In this document: piece after piece, positions 17,180-25,587 of the stretch
How the letters are laid out: every line of letters begins with the position of its first letter
How positions within the stretch are numbered: the stretch's first letter is position 1
From: Candidatus Omnitrophota bacterium
GTDB taxonomy: Bacteria > Omnitrophota > Gorgyraeia > Zapsychrales > Fredricksoniimonadaceae
Assembly: GCA_028870995.1 (NCBI GenBank)
Contig: JAGWOI010000001.1
Span: 26,273-90,272, forward strand
Length of the DNA stretch: 64,000 nt
Direction of reading: 5' to 3'
Translations under genes and position numbers: made by a program
The notes under the pieces: generated by a model
Seen by the model: the letters and a program-made list of their open reading frames with translations, nothing else
Database searches by the model: none
What the model was told of the DNA's origin: nothing

Positions 17180-19957
17180 ATGCTGGCCGCAATTTTGAAT
17201 ATTATTGTTCTTTTATTTCTGTCAGGAATGCCGGTCTGTGCCCAGACAGCGGGCTCTAACCCGGCCGCCCCCGCCAAGGCCGCGACCGGCAATGATGATT
17301 GCCTGGCCTGCCACGCCGATGCCAGTCAGGCGCCGTTTGTTGATCAGGATAAATTTAAGGCTTCGGTGCATGGCAGGCAGTTGTGCACGGATTGCCACAT
17401 CGATTTAATCGGGAGTGATTTTCCCCATAAAACACCTTTGCCGGTCGATTGCGGCCGCTGCCATGCCGGACAAAAGGCTTTGTTTGCCGCCAGTATCCAC
17501 GGCCAGGCCCTGGCCCATGGGGACAAACTGGCGCCACGGTGCGTTAACTGCCATGGAAATCATTATATCCTTCCGGTTAAGAGCAGAAATTCTCAGGTAG
17601 CGCCGCTGAACATTCCTTTTGTCTGCGGTTCCTGCCATAGCGAGGGCAAGCCGGTTTCAGAGCAGCGGCAGATCCCCGAACATCATATCCTGGAAAATTA
17701 TTCCGAGAGCATGCACGGTGAAGCCCTTCTTAAAAAGGGTTTGAGCGTCACCGCCACCTGCGCCTCCTGCCACCGGGCCCACGAGATCCTGCCTCCCGCG
17801 GACCCGCGTTCTTCCATCGCCCGCGGCAATATCGTCAAGACCTGCTTGCAATGCCACAGCCAGATCGAGAAGGTGCACCGTAAGATCATCAAAGGCGAGT
17901 TGTGGGAAAAAAGCCCGCAGAGCATTCCGGTCTGTGTGGACTGCCATCAGCCTCATAAGATACGCAAGGTTTATTATGCAGCCGGGGAGGCCGACAAGGA
18001 TTGTTTGACCTGTCACGGCAAGAAGGATATTGTTTCTTCCAAGGATCACCGTTCGCTTTATGTCGATGAGAACCAGCTCAGTAATTCCATCCATGCCAAG
18101 GTGGCCTGCGCCCAGTGCCATGCCCAGGTTTCAGTTTCTCATGCAAGGCCTTGCGAAACCATCACCAAAAAAGTGGATTGCTCGATCTGCCATAGCCAGC
18201 AGGTCGAACTTTACCAGCAGGGGATCCATGGCAAATTGTTCAATGCCGGCAATCCCAATGCGCCTTCGTGTGCGGAGTGTCACGGCACCCACGGCATCCT
18301 GTCGCATAAAAATATTAATGCGCCCACCTATCCGACCCATATTCCCGGTCTTTGCGGCCGCTGCCACCGCGAGGGCAAGCAGGCCGCCGTGCTCTACAAA
18401 GGGACCGAACATAATATTCCTAAAAATTATGTGGAAAGCATTCATGGCAAGGGCCTGCTGCAAAGCGGGCTGGTGGTGACCGCGACCTGCGTCAGCTGCC
18501 ATACGGCCCACAAGCAGCTTCCTGCCTCTGATCCCGGCTCCACGGTGAACCGCAACAATATCGCATTGACTTGTTCAGCCTGCCACCAGGGCGTCTATGA
18601 GCAATACGTCAAGAGCGTGCATGCCGTGGACGGCGGCAAGAATTCCGGCAAGCTGCCCGTGTGTAATGACTGTCACACGGCACATACCATCAAAAGGACG
18701 GACCAGAACGCCTTTAAATTCGGGATCATGAACACCTGCGGTAAGTGCCATCGGGCCATTGCCGAGACGTACTTCCAGACGGTGCATGGGAAAATTTCCA
18801 AGTTGGGCTACACGAAGGCCGCCAAATGCCAGGATTGTCACGGTTCCCACCAGATTTACCGGGTGACCGATCCGCGCTCAACGTTGAGCCGTCAGAACAT
18901 CGTGCATACCTGCCGGCAATGCCATCAAGGCGCCACCCGACGTTTTGCCGGTTACCTGACCCATGCCACCCACCATGACCCCAAGAAATACCCTTGGATA
19001 TTCTGGACCTTCTGGTGCATGACCGCCTTGCTGGTGGGCACTTTCAGTGTCAGCCTGTTGCACACCTTGTTGTGGCTGCCCAAATCTCTGGAAATGCGAA
19101 GGCTTTATCCGCAAAAGCACATTGTTTCCAAGGAAAAGCAGTATGTGCGTTTCCCGGTGTTCTACCGCATCCTGCACATCATCATGATCATCAGTTTTAT
19201 GACGCTGACCACCACCGGCATGACACTGAAATTTTCTTATGCACATTGGGCGCAGTTTGTTTCAAGGGTCCTGGGCGGTTTCGCGGTCACCGGTTTTCTG
19301 CACCGCTGCGCGGCGGTGGCGTTGTTGGGCATTTTTGCGGCCCATATCTGGCAGGTGTTCAATCAAAAACGTACCGAAAACAAGAGCCTGAAGCAAATTC
19401 TTTTCGGTCCTGACAGCATTCTCTTTGCCAGGAAGGATTGGCGTGAATTTTTGGCCACCGTAAAGTGGTATGCCGGCAAAGGTCCGTACCCGCAATACGG
19501 CAAGTGGACCTACTGGGAAAAATTTGATTATTTTGCCGTTCTGTGGGGGATCATGGTCATAGGCACCTCGGGGCTGATGCTGTGGTTTCCCGAGGGCTTC
19601 ACCCATTTCCTGCCGGGATGGGTCATCAATGTCGCCACCATCATTCATAGCGACGAAGCCTTGCTGGCCGCGGGTTTTATTTTTACCGTGCATTTCTTCA
19701 ACACCCATTTCAGGCCGGAGAAATTCCCCATGGACACGGTGATCTTCACCGGGCGTATGTCCGTCGAGGACCTGAAGCGCGAGCGGCCCAAGGAATACGA
19801 GGCCCTGATGGCCAACGGAGAGCTTGAAAAGAACCTGGCCGAGCCGCTGTCACCGGCAAGGATCCTGGCCATCCGCATCTTCGGCTGGACCGCGCTTTCC
19901 ATCGGATTGGTGCTGGTTATGTGCATCATCTACACCATGATCTTCGGTTACAGGTAA
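17180..19957 (+). CDS. Large CbcL-like cytochrome: 19 c-hemes fused to a cytochrome b domain
   Basis: 19 CxxCH, RILH..TTGM, LHR, YWEKFDYFAVLWG, IHSDEALLAAGFIFTVHFFNTH; ATG 17180 follows GGGAG. Confidence 0.9.
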   Translation: MLAAILNIIVLLFLSGMPVCAQTAGSNPAAPAKAATGNDDCLACHADASQAPFVDQDKFKASVHGRQLCTDCHIDLIGSDFPHKTPLPVDCGRCHAGQKALFAASIHGQALAHGDKLAPRCVNCHGNHYILPVKSRNSQVAPLNIPFVCGSCHSEGKPVSEQRQIPEHHILENYSESMHGEALLKKGLSVTATCASCHRAHEILPPADPRSSIARGNIVKTCLQCHSQIEKVHRKIIKGELWEKSPQSIPVCVDCHQPHKIRKVYYAAGEADKDCLTCHGKKDIVSSKDHRSLYVDENQLSNSIHAKVACAQCHAQVSVSHARPCETITKKVDCSICHSQQVELYQQGIHGKLFNAGNPNAPSCAECHGTHGILSHKNINAPTYPTHIPGLCGRCHREGKQAAVLYKGTEHNIPKNYVESIHGKGLLQSGLVVTATCVSCHTAHKQLPASDPGSTVNRNNIALTCSACHQGVYEQYVKSVHAVDGGKNSGKLPVCNDCHTAHTIKRTDQNAFKFGIMNTCGKCHRAIAETYFQTVHGKISKLGYTKAAKCQDCHGSHQIYRVTDPRSTLSRQNIVHTCRQCHQGATRRFAGYLTHATHHDPKKYPWIFWTFWCMTALLVGTFSVSLLHTLLWLPKSLEMRRLYPQKHIVSKEKQYVRFPVFYRILHIIMIISFMTLTTTGMTLKFSYAHWAQFVSRVLGGFAVTGFLHRCAAVALLGIFAAHIWQVFNQKRTENKSLKQILFGPDSILFARKDWREFLATVKWYAGKGPYPQYGKWTYWEKFDYFAVLWGIMVIGTSGLMLWFPEGFTHFLPGWVINVATIIHSDEALLAAGFIFTVHFFNTHFRPEKFPMDTVIFTGRMSVEDLKRERPKEYEALMANGELEKNLAEPLSPARILAIRIFGWTALSIGLVLVMCIIYTMIFGYR

Positions 19958-19974
19958 GCCCCTACGTAGTTTTG

Positions 19975-19990
19975 TACGTAGTAGTACTGA
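19975..19990. promoter_or_regulatory. Recurring inverted-repeat motif (TACGT-AGTAGT-ACTGA) upstream of DUF2934-nrdDG
   Basis: Reverse complement TCAGT-ACTACT-ACGTA shares TACTACGTA with the sites at 7333 and 9639; extra TACGTA at 19963. Confidence 0.6.
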
Positions 19991-20022
19991 TTTACCAGGG
20001 CAGGGAGAGGGATTAAGATTAA

Positions 20023-20070
20023 CCACAATATGTAGTGGTAGTTCCTTCTCCTGTTATCAACAGGTAGTGT
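20023..20070 (+). promoter_or_regulatory. Tandem NrdR boxes
   Basis: CCACAATATGTAGTGG (20023) and TATCAACAGGTAGTGT (20055), 32 bp apart, resembling acaCwAtATaTwGtg, upstream of nrdD. Confidence 0.8.
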
Positions 20071-20095
20071 TTTAAAAACGAAAGGAGAAAGGGTC

Positions 20096-20329
20096 ATGAA
20101 GGTCATTGACAAGCGGGTCAAAAAAATCATCGAAGCCCCCAAGCAAAAACGCCTCTCCGGGCATTCCATCCCTAATTTTGAGAACTACATCAAAAGGATC
20201 GAGAAGAAAGCCTATGAGCTTTATGAGAAGCGCGGGTGTTGCCATGGACATGACCAGGAAGACTGGCTGGAGGCCAAAAGACTCGTTGAAGATGAATTGT
20301 GTAAGGGAACAGCGGTTTTTGATATATAA
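20096..20329 (+). CDS. DUF2934-like small protein
   Basis: IEKKAYELYEKRG..HGHDQEDWLEA motif; AAGGAG RBS. Confidence 0.82.
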   Translation: MKVIDKRVKKIIEAPKQKRLSGHSIPNFENYIKRIEKKAYELYEKRGCCHGHDQEDWLEAKRLVEDELCKGTAVFDI

Positions 20330-20366
20330 ACAAGGGTGAACCCCAAATCCTTAAGGAGGGCACGGC

Positions 20367-22469
20367 ATGGCTGTCAGCTTATTCACTACCATCGTCAAGC
20401 GTAATGGAAAGAAAGAGGACTTTAATCCCCAGAAGATCGTCGGGGCCATTGCTAAAGCCGGCCAGGCCACGGGTGAATTCAATGAGGAAGTCGCCCGAAA
20501 ATTGGCGGTTCGGGTGGTCAATATCGCCCAGCAGATGTTTCCCAATGAACCGACGGTGGAAGGTATCCAGGATATTGTGGAAGATGTCCTTATTTCTTCG
20601 CCCTACCGCAAGACGACCAAGGCCTATATCCTTTACCGCCAGCAGCATGCCGAGATGCGCTCCATTGCCTCCAAGTTCAATACGGACCTGGTGGACCAAT
20701 ACTTGGGACAAAATGACTGGCGCGTCAATGAGAACAGCAACATGGCCTATTCCCTCCAGGGCTTAAACCACTATATATCGTCGGAAGTCAGCAAAATTTA
20801 TTGGCTGAACAAAATTTATCCCGTTTCCATCAAAGAAGCGCACCAGAACGGTGATTTTCACGTCCATGACCTGGGGCTTTTGAGCGTGTATTGTGTGGGT
20901 TGGGATTTGCAAGACCTGTTGGCTCAAGGATTCAAGGGTGTTTCCGGAAAAATGGAAAGCCGTCCGGCCAAGCACCTGCGCACCGCGCTCGGGCAGATCA
21001 TCAATTTCTTTTACACCCTGCAAGGGGAGGCGGCCGGTGCCCAGGCCTTTTCGAATTTCGATACCCTGCTGGCGCCCTTTATCCGCTACGACGGGCTGAC
21101 CTATGAGGCTGTCAAGCAGGTGCTGCAGGAGTTTGTTTTTAACATCAACGTGCCCACGCGTGTCGGGTTTCAAACACCCTTTACCAATATCACCATGGAC
21201 TTGACTGTACCCAGTTATTTCGCCAATCAGGGGGTCATTATCGGCGGGGAAGTCCAAAAGGAGACCTATGGAGAGTTCCAGAAGGAACTCGACATGTTCA
21301 ACAAGGCCTTCCTTGAAGTCATGCTGGCCGGCGACGCTAAAGGCCGGGTGTTCACCTTCCCGATACCGACCTACAATATGACCAAGGATTTTGATTGGGA
21401 TAATCCGAACCTGACCCTGCTTTGGGAAATGACCGCCAAGTACGGCATTCCTTATTTCTCCAATTTCATCAATTCGGACATGAATCCCGAGGATGCGCGC
21501 AGCATGTGCTGCCGCCTGCGCCTGGACAACCGTGAACTGCGCAGCCGCGGCGGCGGGCTGTTCGGCGCCTCTCCATTGACGGGTTCCATCGGGGTCGTGA
21601 CCATCAACCTGCCCCGCATCGGTTATGTGGCTAGGGACGAAGCTGAGTTCTTCGCCATCCTCGAGGACAAAATGAAACTGGCCAAGGAAAGCCTGGAGAT
21701 CAAGCGCAAGGTGCTTGAGCAGTTTACCGAGGGGAACCTGTACCCGTATATCAAGTTTTACCTGCGCAATATCAAAAAACGTTTCAATCAATACTGGAAA
21801 AACCACTTCTCCACCATCGGCCTGTTGGGCATGAACGAAGCCTGCTTGAATTTGCTGGGCCAGCCCATCGCCAGCCCCCAGGGGAAGGACTTTGCCGTGC
21901 GGGTGCTGAGCTTCATGAGGGACAAGTTAATGGACTTCCAGCAGGAGACCGGAAATATTTACAATCTGGAGGCCACTCCGGCCGAGGGCACCTCCTACAG
22001 CCTGGCCAGGATGGACAAGACCATGTATCCCGACATCATCTGTGCCAATGAAGAGCGCTATGCAAAGGGTTTCGAGCCTTTTTATTCCAATTCCAGCCAT
22101 CTGCCCGTGCAGCATACGGAAGATATTTTTGAGGCCCTCGACCATCAGGACGATCTGCAGACGCTTTATACAGGCGGGACGGTCCTGCACGGTTTCGTGG
22201 GCGAGCGCATCGGCGATCCGACGGCCTTAAAGAGCCTGGTGCGCTGCATTTGCTATAAATACCGCCTGCCGTACTTTACCATCACCCCAACTTTCAGCGT
22301 TTGCCCCAGCTGCGGGTATCTGGCGGGTGAACACCAGGTGTGCGATTCATGCGGTAATGAATGCGAAGTTTATTCACGGGTGGTCGGCTACTTAAGACCC
22401 GTCAAACAATGGAACAAGGGTAAGAAGGAGGAGTTCAAGAAACGCCGAACCTATCATGTATGCGCATAG
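20367..22469 (+). CDS. nrdD: Anaerobic (class III) ribonucleoside-triphosphate reductase with ATP cone
   Basis: IVKRNG ATP cone, HVHDL, SMCCRL, EATPAEG, C-terminal CxxC..CxxC and YSRVVGYLRP glycyl-radical loop. Confidence 0.96.
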   Translation: MAVSLFTTIVKRNGKKEDFNPQKIVGAIAKAGQATGEFNEEVARKLAVRVVNIAQQMFPNEPTVEGIQDIVEDVLISSPYRKTTKAYILYRQQHAEMRSIASKFNTDLVDQYLGQNDWRVNENSNMAYSLQGLNHYISSEVSKIYWLNKIYPVSIKEAHQNGDFHVHDLGLLSVYCVGWDLQDLLAQGFKGVSGKMESRPAKHLRTALGQIINFFYTLQGEAAGAQAFSNFDTLLAPFIRYDGLTYEAVKQVLQEFVFNINVPTRVGFQTPFTNITMDLTVPSYFANQGVIIGGEVQKETYGEFQKELDMFNKAFLEVMLAGDAKGRVFTFPIPTYNMTKDFDWDNPNLTLLWEMTAKYGIPYFSNFINSDMNPEDARSMCCRLRLDNRELRSRGGGLFGASPLTGSIGVVTINLPRIGYVARDEAEFFAILEDKMKLAKESLEIKRKVLEQFTEGNLYPYIKFYLRNIKKRFNQYWKNHFSTIGLLGMNEACLNLLGQPIASPQGKDFAVRVLSFMRDKLMDFQQETGNIYNLEATPAEGTSYSLARMDKTMYPDIICANEERYAKGFEPFYSNSSHLPVQHTEDIFEALDHQDDLQTLYTGGTVLHGFVGERIGDPTALKSLVRCICYKYRLPYFTITPTFSVCPSCGYLAGEHQVCDSCGNECEVYSRVVGYLRPVKQWNKGKKEEFKKRRTYHVCA

Positions 22470-23134
22470 GCGGGTTCCAGCAGTTTTCTCTGATCGATTA
22501 TCCGGGGAAGATGGCCGCCATTGTGTTTACTCAAGGGTGTAATTTCCGCTGCGGCTACTGCTATAACCCGCGGCTGGTCTGTCCCAAGCAGTTCGAAGCG
22601 CCCCTGGATGAGGCGGCCATCTTCGAGTTTTTGGAAATGCGCCGGGGAAAGCTGGAAGGGGTGGTGGTCACCGGCGGGGAGCCCACCATCCAATCAGGAT
22701 TGGTGGATTTTTTAGGCAAATTAAAAGCCATGAACTACGCCGTGAAGCTGGACACCAACGGCAGCAACCCGGACGTCCTGGCGGGTGTTATCGATTTGAA
22801 GCTGGTGGATTTTATCGCCATGGACATCAAGACGTCCATGGCCAAGTATGAAAAGGTCATCGGTGTCAAACCCGACCTTGAACGCATCAAACAAAGCATC
22901 AACCTGATCCTTAACAGCGGGGTGCGCTGCCAGTTCAGGACGACCTTGCTTAAACCCCACTGCACCGAAGAAGATTTAAAGGAAATCCAGAAGATGATCG
23001 GTGATTCGAGGCAATACGTGCTTCAGTTATTTATGCCTTCCTCTAGTATTATCGACAAAAGCCTCTTAGAGCAGGAACACTATACCCGCAATGAAGTGCA
23101 GCGTTTAAGGCTGTTGTTTCAAAGAGGTTTTTAA
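22460..23134 (+). CDS. nrdG: Anaerobic RNR activating radical SAM protein
   Basis: SLIDYPG, GCNFRCGYCYN, TGGEPT, KLDTNGS; directly after nrdD. Confidence 0.93.
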   Translation: MRIGGFQQFSLIDYPGKMAAIVFTQGCNFRCGYCYNPRLVCPKQFEAPLDEAAIFEFLEMRRGKLEGVVVTGGEPTIQSGLVDFLGKLKAMNYAVKLDTNGSNPDVLAGVIDLKLVDFIAMDIKTSMAKYEKVIGVKPDLERIKQSINLILNSGVRCQFRTTLLKPHCTEEDLKEIQKMIGDSRQYVLQLFMPSSSIIDKSLLEQEHYTRNEVQRLRLLFQRGF

Positions 23135-23171
23135 GTCCTGCCGCACGCTCGGTCCGGTTCTAAAAGAAAAC

Positions 23172-23199
23172 TTGAGTATATTGATAAATATATTATAAT
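23172..23199 (+). promoter_or_regulatory. Putative sigma70 promoter for the tRNA-Val transcript
   Basis: TTGAGT-16 bp-TATAAT in an AT-rich spacer upstream of the tRNA. Confidence 0.5.
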
Positions 23200-23225
23200 G
23201 GACAGCTTAGCCTGAGAAAATTTAA

Positions 23226-23302
23226 GGACTCATGGCTCAGCTGGTTAGAGCGTCGCCCTCACATGGCGAAGGTCGAAGGTTCGAGTCCTTCTGAGTCCAC
23301 CA
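23226..23302 (+). tRNA. tRNA-Val (anticodon CAC)
   Basis: Acceptor stem GGACTCA/TGAGTCC, D arm GCTC/GAGC, anticodon arm TCGCC-CTCACAT-GGCGA, T loop TTCGAGT, encoded CCA. Confidence 0.96.
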
Positions 23303-23320
23303 TCTATTATTGAGGTAACT

Positions 23321-24052
23321 ATGGCGGTGGCCGGCCAAAATCTGAAAGACCAATTAAAAAAACTGGTTGAATTGCAGGTCATAGACGAAGAGATTTTTCG
23401 TTATAAGCGCGAATTGCGCGAGAAGCCGGCCGAAGTCGAGACGCTTAAGGCCCAATTTGAAGCCAAGAAAGCAAGGCTAAAGCAGCTGGAAGAGAAGCTG
23501 AAGGTCATTCAAGTGTCGCAAAAGGAGATGGAATTGGATCTCAAGGCCAAGGAAGAAGGGATCGCCAAGGCCGATGGTTCCCTGAGCCTTTTGAAGACCA
23601 ATAAGGAATACCAGGCCCGGCTGCTTGAAATTGAAAACCAGAAGGCCGATAAATCACAGGTCGAGGAAAAGATCCTGTTGGGCTATGATGAGTTGGAGGC
23701 GGCCCGCAAGGCCCTGGAGGCTGAAAAGGCGGTGGTAGCCCAATACGAAAAAGATTTCAATGCCGCCAAGAAAAAACTAGACGATGAAGTGGCGGTGATC
23801 AACGACCAGCTGAAGGTCAAGGAATCGCAGCGCATCCGCGTCGCCCCCGAGGTCAGGCCTGATTTTTTAAGCCGTTATGAGCGCATTTTGAACAATAAGG
23901 ACGGCTTGGGGATCGTCAAGATCGTTGACCATACCTGCGGCGGCTGTTTCATGCATGTGACCGAGCAGGTCATCAATGAACTTAAGAAATACGAGGAGCT
24001 GGTGAGCTGCGACCAGTGCGCCAGGATCCTGTACCTGGCCGACGAGCTATGA
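23321..24052 (+). CDS. Coiled-coil protein with C4 zinc ribbon (DUF164/CT398-like)
   Basis: LVELQVID start, long heptad coil, TNKEY, CGGC...CDQCARILY. Confidence 0.9.
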   Translation: MAVAGQNLKDQLKKLVELQVIDEEIFRYKRELREKPAEVETLKAQFEAKKARLKQLEEKLKVIQVSQKEMELDLKAKEEGIAKADGSLSLLKTNKEYQARLLEIENQKADKSQVEEKILLGYDELEAARKALEAEKAVVAQYEKDFNAAKKKLDDEVAVINDQLKVKESQRIRVAPEVRPDFLSRYERILNNKDGLGIVKIVDHTCGGCFMHVTEQVINELKKYEELVSCDQCARILYLADEL

Positions 24053-24504
24053 GGCTGGAGATCTTCACCGACGGAGGTTCTTCGGGAAATCCCGGACCGT
24101 CGGCCGTTGGGGTGGTCATTAAAGAAGGCCCCGACACCATAAAAACCTTGTCCCGTTTCATCGGCCAAGGCACCAACAATATCGCTGAATACACGGCACT
24201 GATTTACGGGCTGCAGGAAGCCCTGATCTTAAAAGCGGACGAGGTCAGCGTCAAAACCGACAGCGAACTGATGTATAAGCAGCTGCGCGGCCTCTATGCG
24301 GTTAAGCATGCGCATATCAAACCGCTTTTTGACCAGGTCCAGCGTTTAATCGCGGGGTTTAAGTTGTTTCAGATCGCGCATGTGCCCCGCGAACAGAATA
24401 AAGAGGCGGACGCGCTGGTCCGTCAGGCCTTGAAAAAAGCACGTCAGGATGGCCGCTGCGATGCCAACGGCGTTGCAGAGGAAAGTCCGAGCTCCAAAGG
24501 ATGA
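24049..24504 (+). CDS. rnhA: Ribonuclease HI with C-terminal tail encoded inside rnpB
   Basis: FTDGGSSGNPGP, TNNIAEY, TDSEL, HVPREQNKEADAL; ATGA overlap with the upstream gene. Confidence 0.92.
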   Translation: MRLEIFTDGGSSGNPGPSAVGVVIKEGPDTIKTLSRFIGQGTNNIAEYTALIYGLQEALILKADEVSVKTDSELMYKQLRGLYAVKHAHIKPLFDQVQRLIAGFKLFQIAHVPREQNKEADALVRQALKKARQDGRCDANGVAEESPSSKG

Positions 24505-24778
24505 TGCATCCCGGTAATGCGGGACCGTTCGCCGCAAGGCGGATGAGGATCAGAGCTACAGTGACGATGCCCCCGCCACGAAGTATGGCGGGGGAGTGAA
24601 ACGAGCAATCTCTGCATGGAGCAATGCCAAATAGGAGGGGAAACCGCAAGGTACGGGGCGATCCGTCCCGTCATAACCCTCGGGTAGGCTGCCAGATATC
24701 CGCCAGAGGCGGATGTTAGTCAAATGGCCATCGCCCCTGCAAAGGGGTTACAGAACTCGGCTTATTGAGGTGCTTTTT
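24434..24778 (+). ncRNA. rnpB: RNase P RNA
   Basis: GAGGAAAGTCCGAGC pairs with ACAGAACTCGGCTTA (P4), GATGGCC/GGCCATC (P2), AAAAAGCAC/GTGCTTTTT (P1), GTGAAAC, GGAGCAA; ends approximate. Confidence 0.93.
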
Positions 24779-24825
24779 AGTTTAATAATAAACGTACGAC
24801 AAGCAAGAAATAGGGGGTATTTGTA

Positions 24826-25584
24826 ATGTCAGGTCATTCAAAATGGGCAAAGATCAAACATAAAAAAGGCGCGGAAGACGCCAAGCGCGGTGCATTGTTC
24901 ACCAAGCTCAGCAAGGAAATTACAGCTGCGGCCAAGGAAAAGGGCGGCAATATGGACACCAATTTCCGCCTGCGCGCGGCGGTGGCCCGTGCCCGTGAAT
25001 ATAACATGCCCCAAAACAACGTTGAGAACGCCATCAAGAAGGGAACCGGCGAAATCCCGGGTATTGTTTTTGAAAACGTGGCTTTCGACGTCCGCATGGG
25101 CATCGTGGCCATTCTCATTGACGGCCTGACCGACAATAAAAACCGCACCACGGCGGAAATCCGCAATCTTTTAAATAAAAAGGGCGCCTCCCTGGCTGCG
25201 GTCGGTTCTTCAGCACGCTTGTTCAGCAAAAAGGGCTATCTGGCGGTCGACAAGTCCAAGATCGGCGAAGATGCTCTTATTGAAGCCGCCCTTGATGCCG
25301 GTGCCGAGGATGTCAAGACCGAAGGCGAAGCCTACGAGATTTATTGCGACCCAACCCAGCTGGAAGCGGTCAAGAATGCGCTGACAGCCAAGAATATCGA
25401 GACCACTTCCGCCGAAGTGACCATGGTGCCTGATCCCAATATGGTCGTCAAGGTTGAAGGCAATGACGCCAAAAGCGTCCTGGGCCTGATTGAGGCGCTG
25501 GAAGAGCACGAAGATATCCAGAACGTGTACGCTAATTTTGATATTTCTGACGAGGAAATGGCCAAGATTTCTGCTGAAGAATAA
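24826..25584 (+). CDS. yebC: YebC/PmpR family protein
   Basis: MSGHSKWAKIKHKK, TDNKNRT, EDIQNVYANF. Confidence 0.95.
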   Translation: MSGHSKWAKIKHKKGAEDAKRGALFTKLSKEITAAAKEKGGNMDTNFRLRAAVARAREYNMPQNNVENAIKKGTGEIPGIVFENVAFDVRMGIVAILIDGLTDNKNRTTAEIRNLLNKKGASLAAVGSSARLFSKKGYLAVDKSKIGEDALIEAALDAGAEDVKTEGEAYEIYCDPTQLEAVKNALTAKNIETTSAEVTMVPDPNMVVKVEGNDAKSVLGLIEALEEHEDIQNVYANFDISDEEMAKISAEE

Positions 25585-25587
25585 TCT

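Noticed and set aside
15540-19957. Recurring TGCCA[CT] strings as a DNA repeat array or CRISPR
   Set aside because: They are Cys-His codons of CxxCH motifs; there is no constant repeat-spacer structure
20763-21806. 347-aa minus-strand ORF
   Set aside because: Antisense to nrdD; codon-bias shadow
23226-23320. tRNA-Val as an island integration site
   Set aside because: No integrase and no duplicated tRNA 3-prime end seen in the window
24346-24674. Short minus-strand ORFs over 24.3-24.7 kb
   Set aside because: Region is explained by rnhA and the RNase P RNA
24781-24800. ACGTA upstream of yebC as another copy of the island motif
   Set aside because: The left half-site does not match at the N6 spacing
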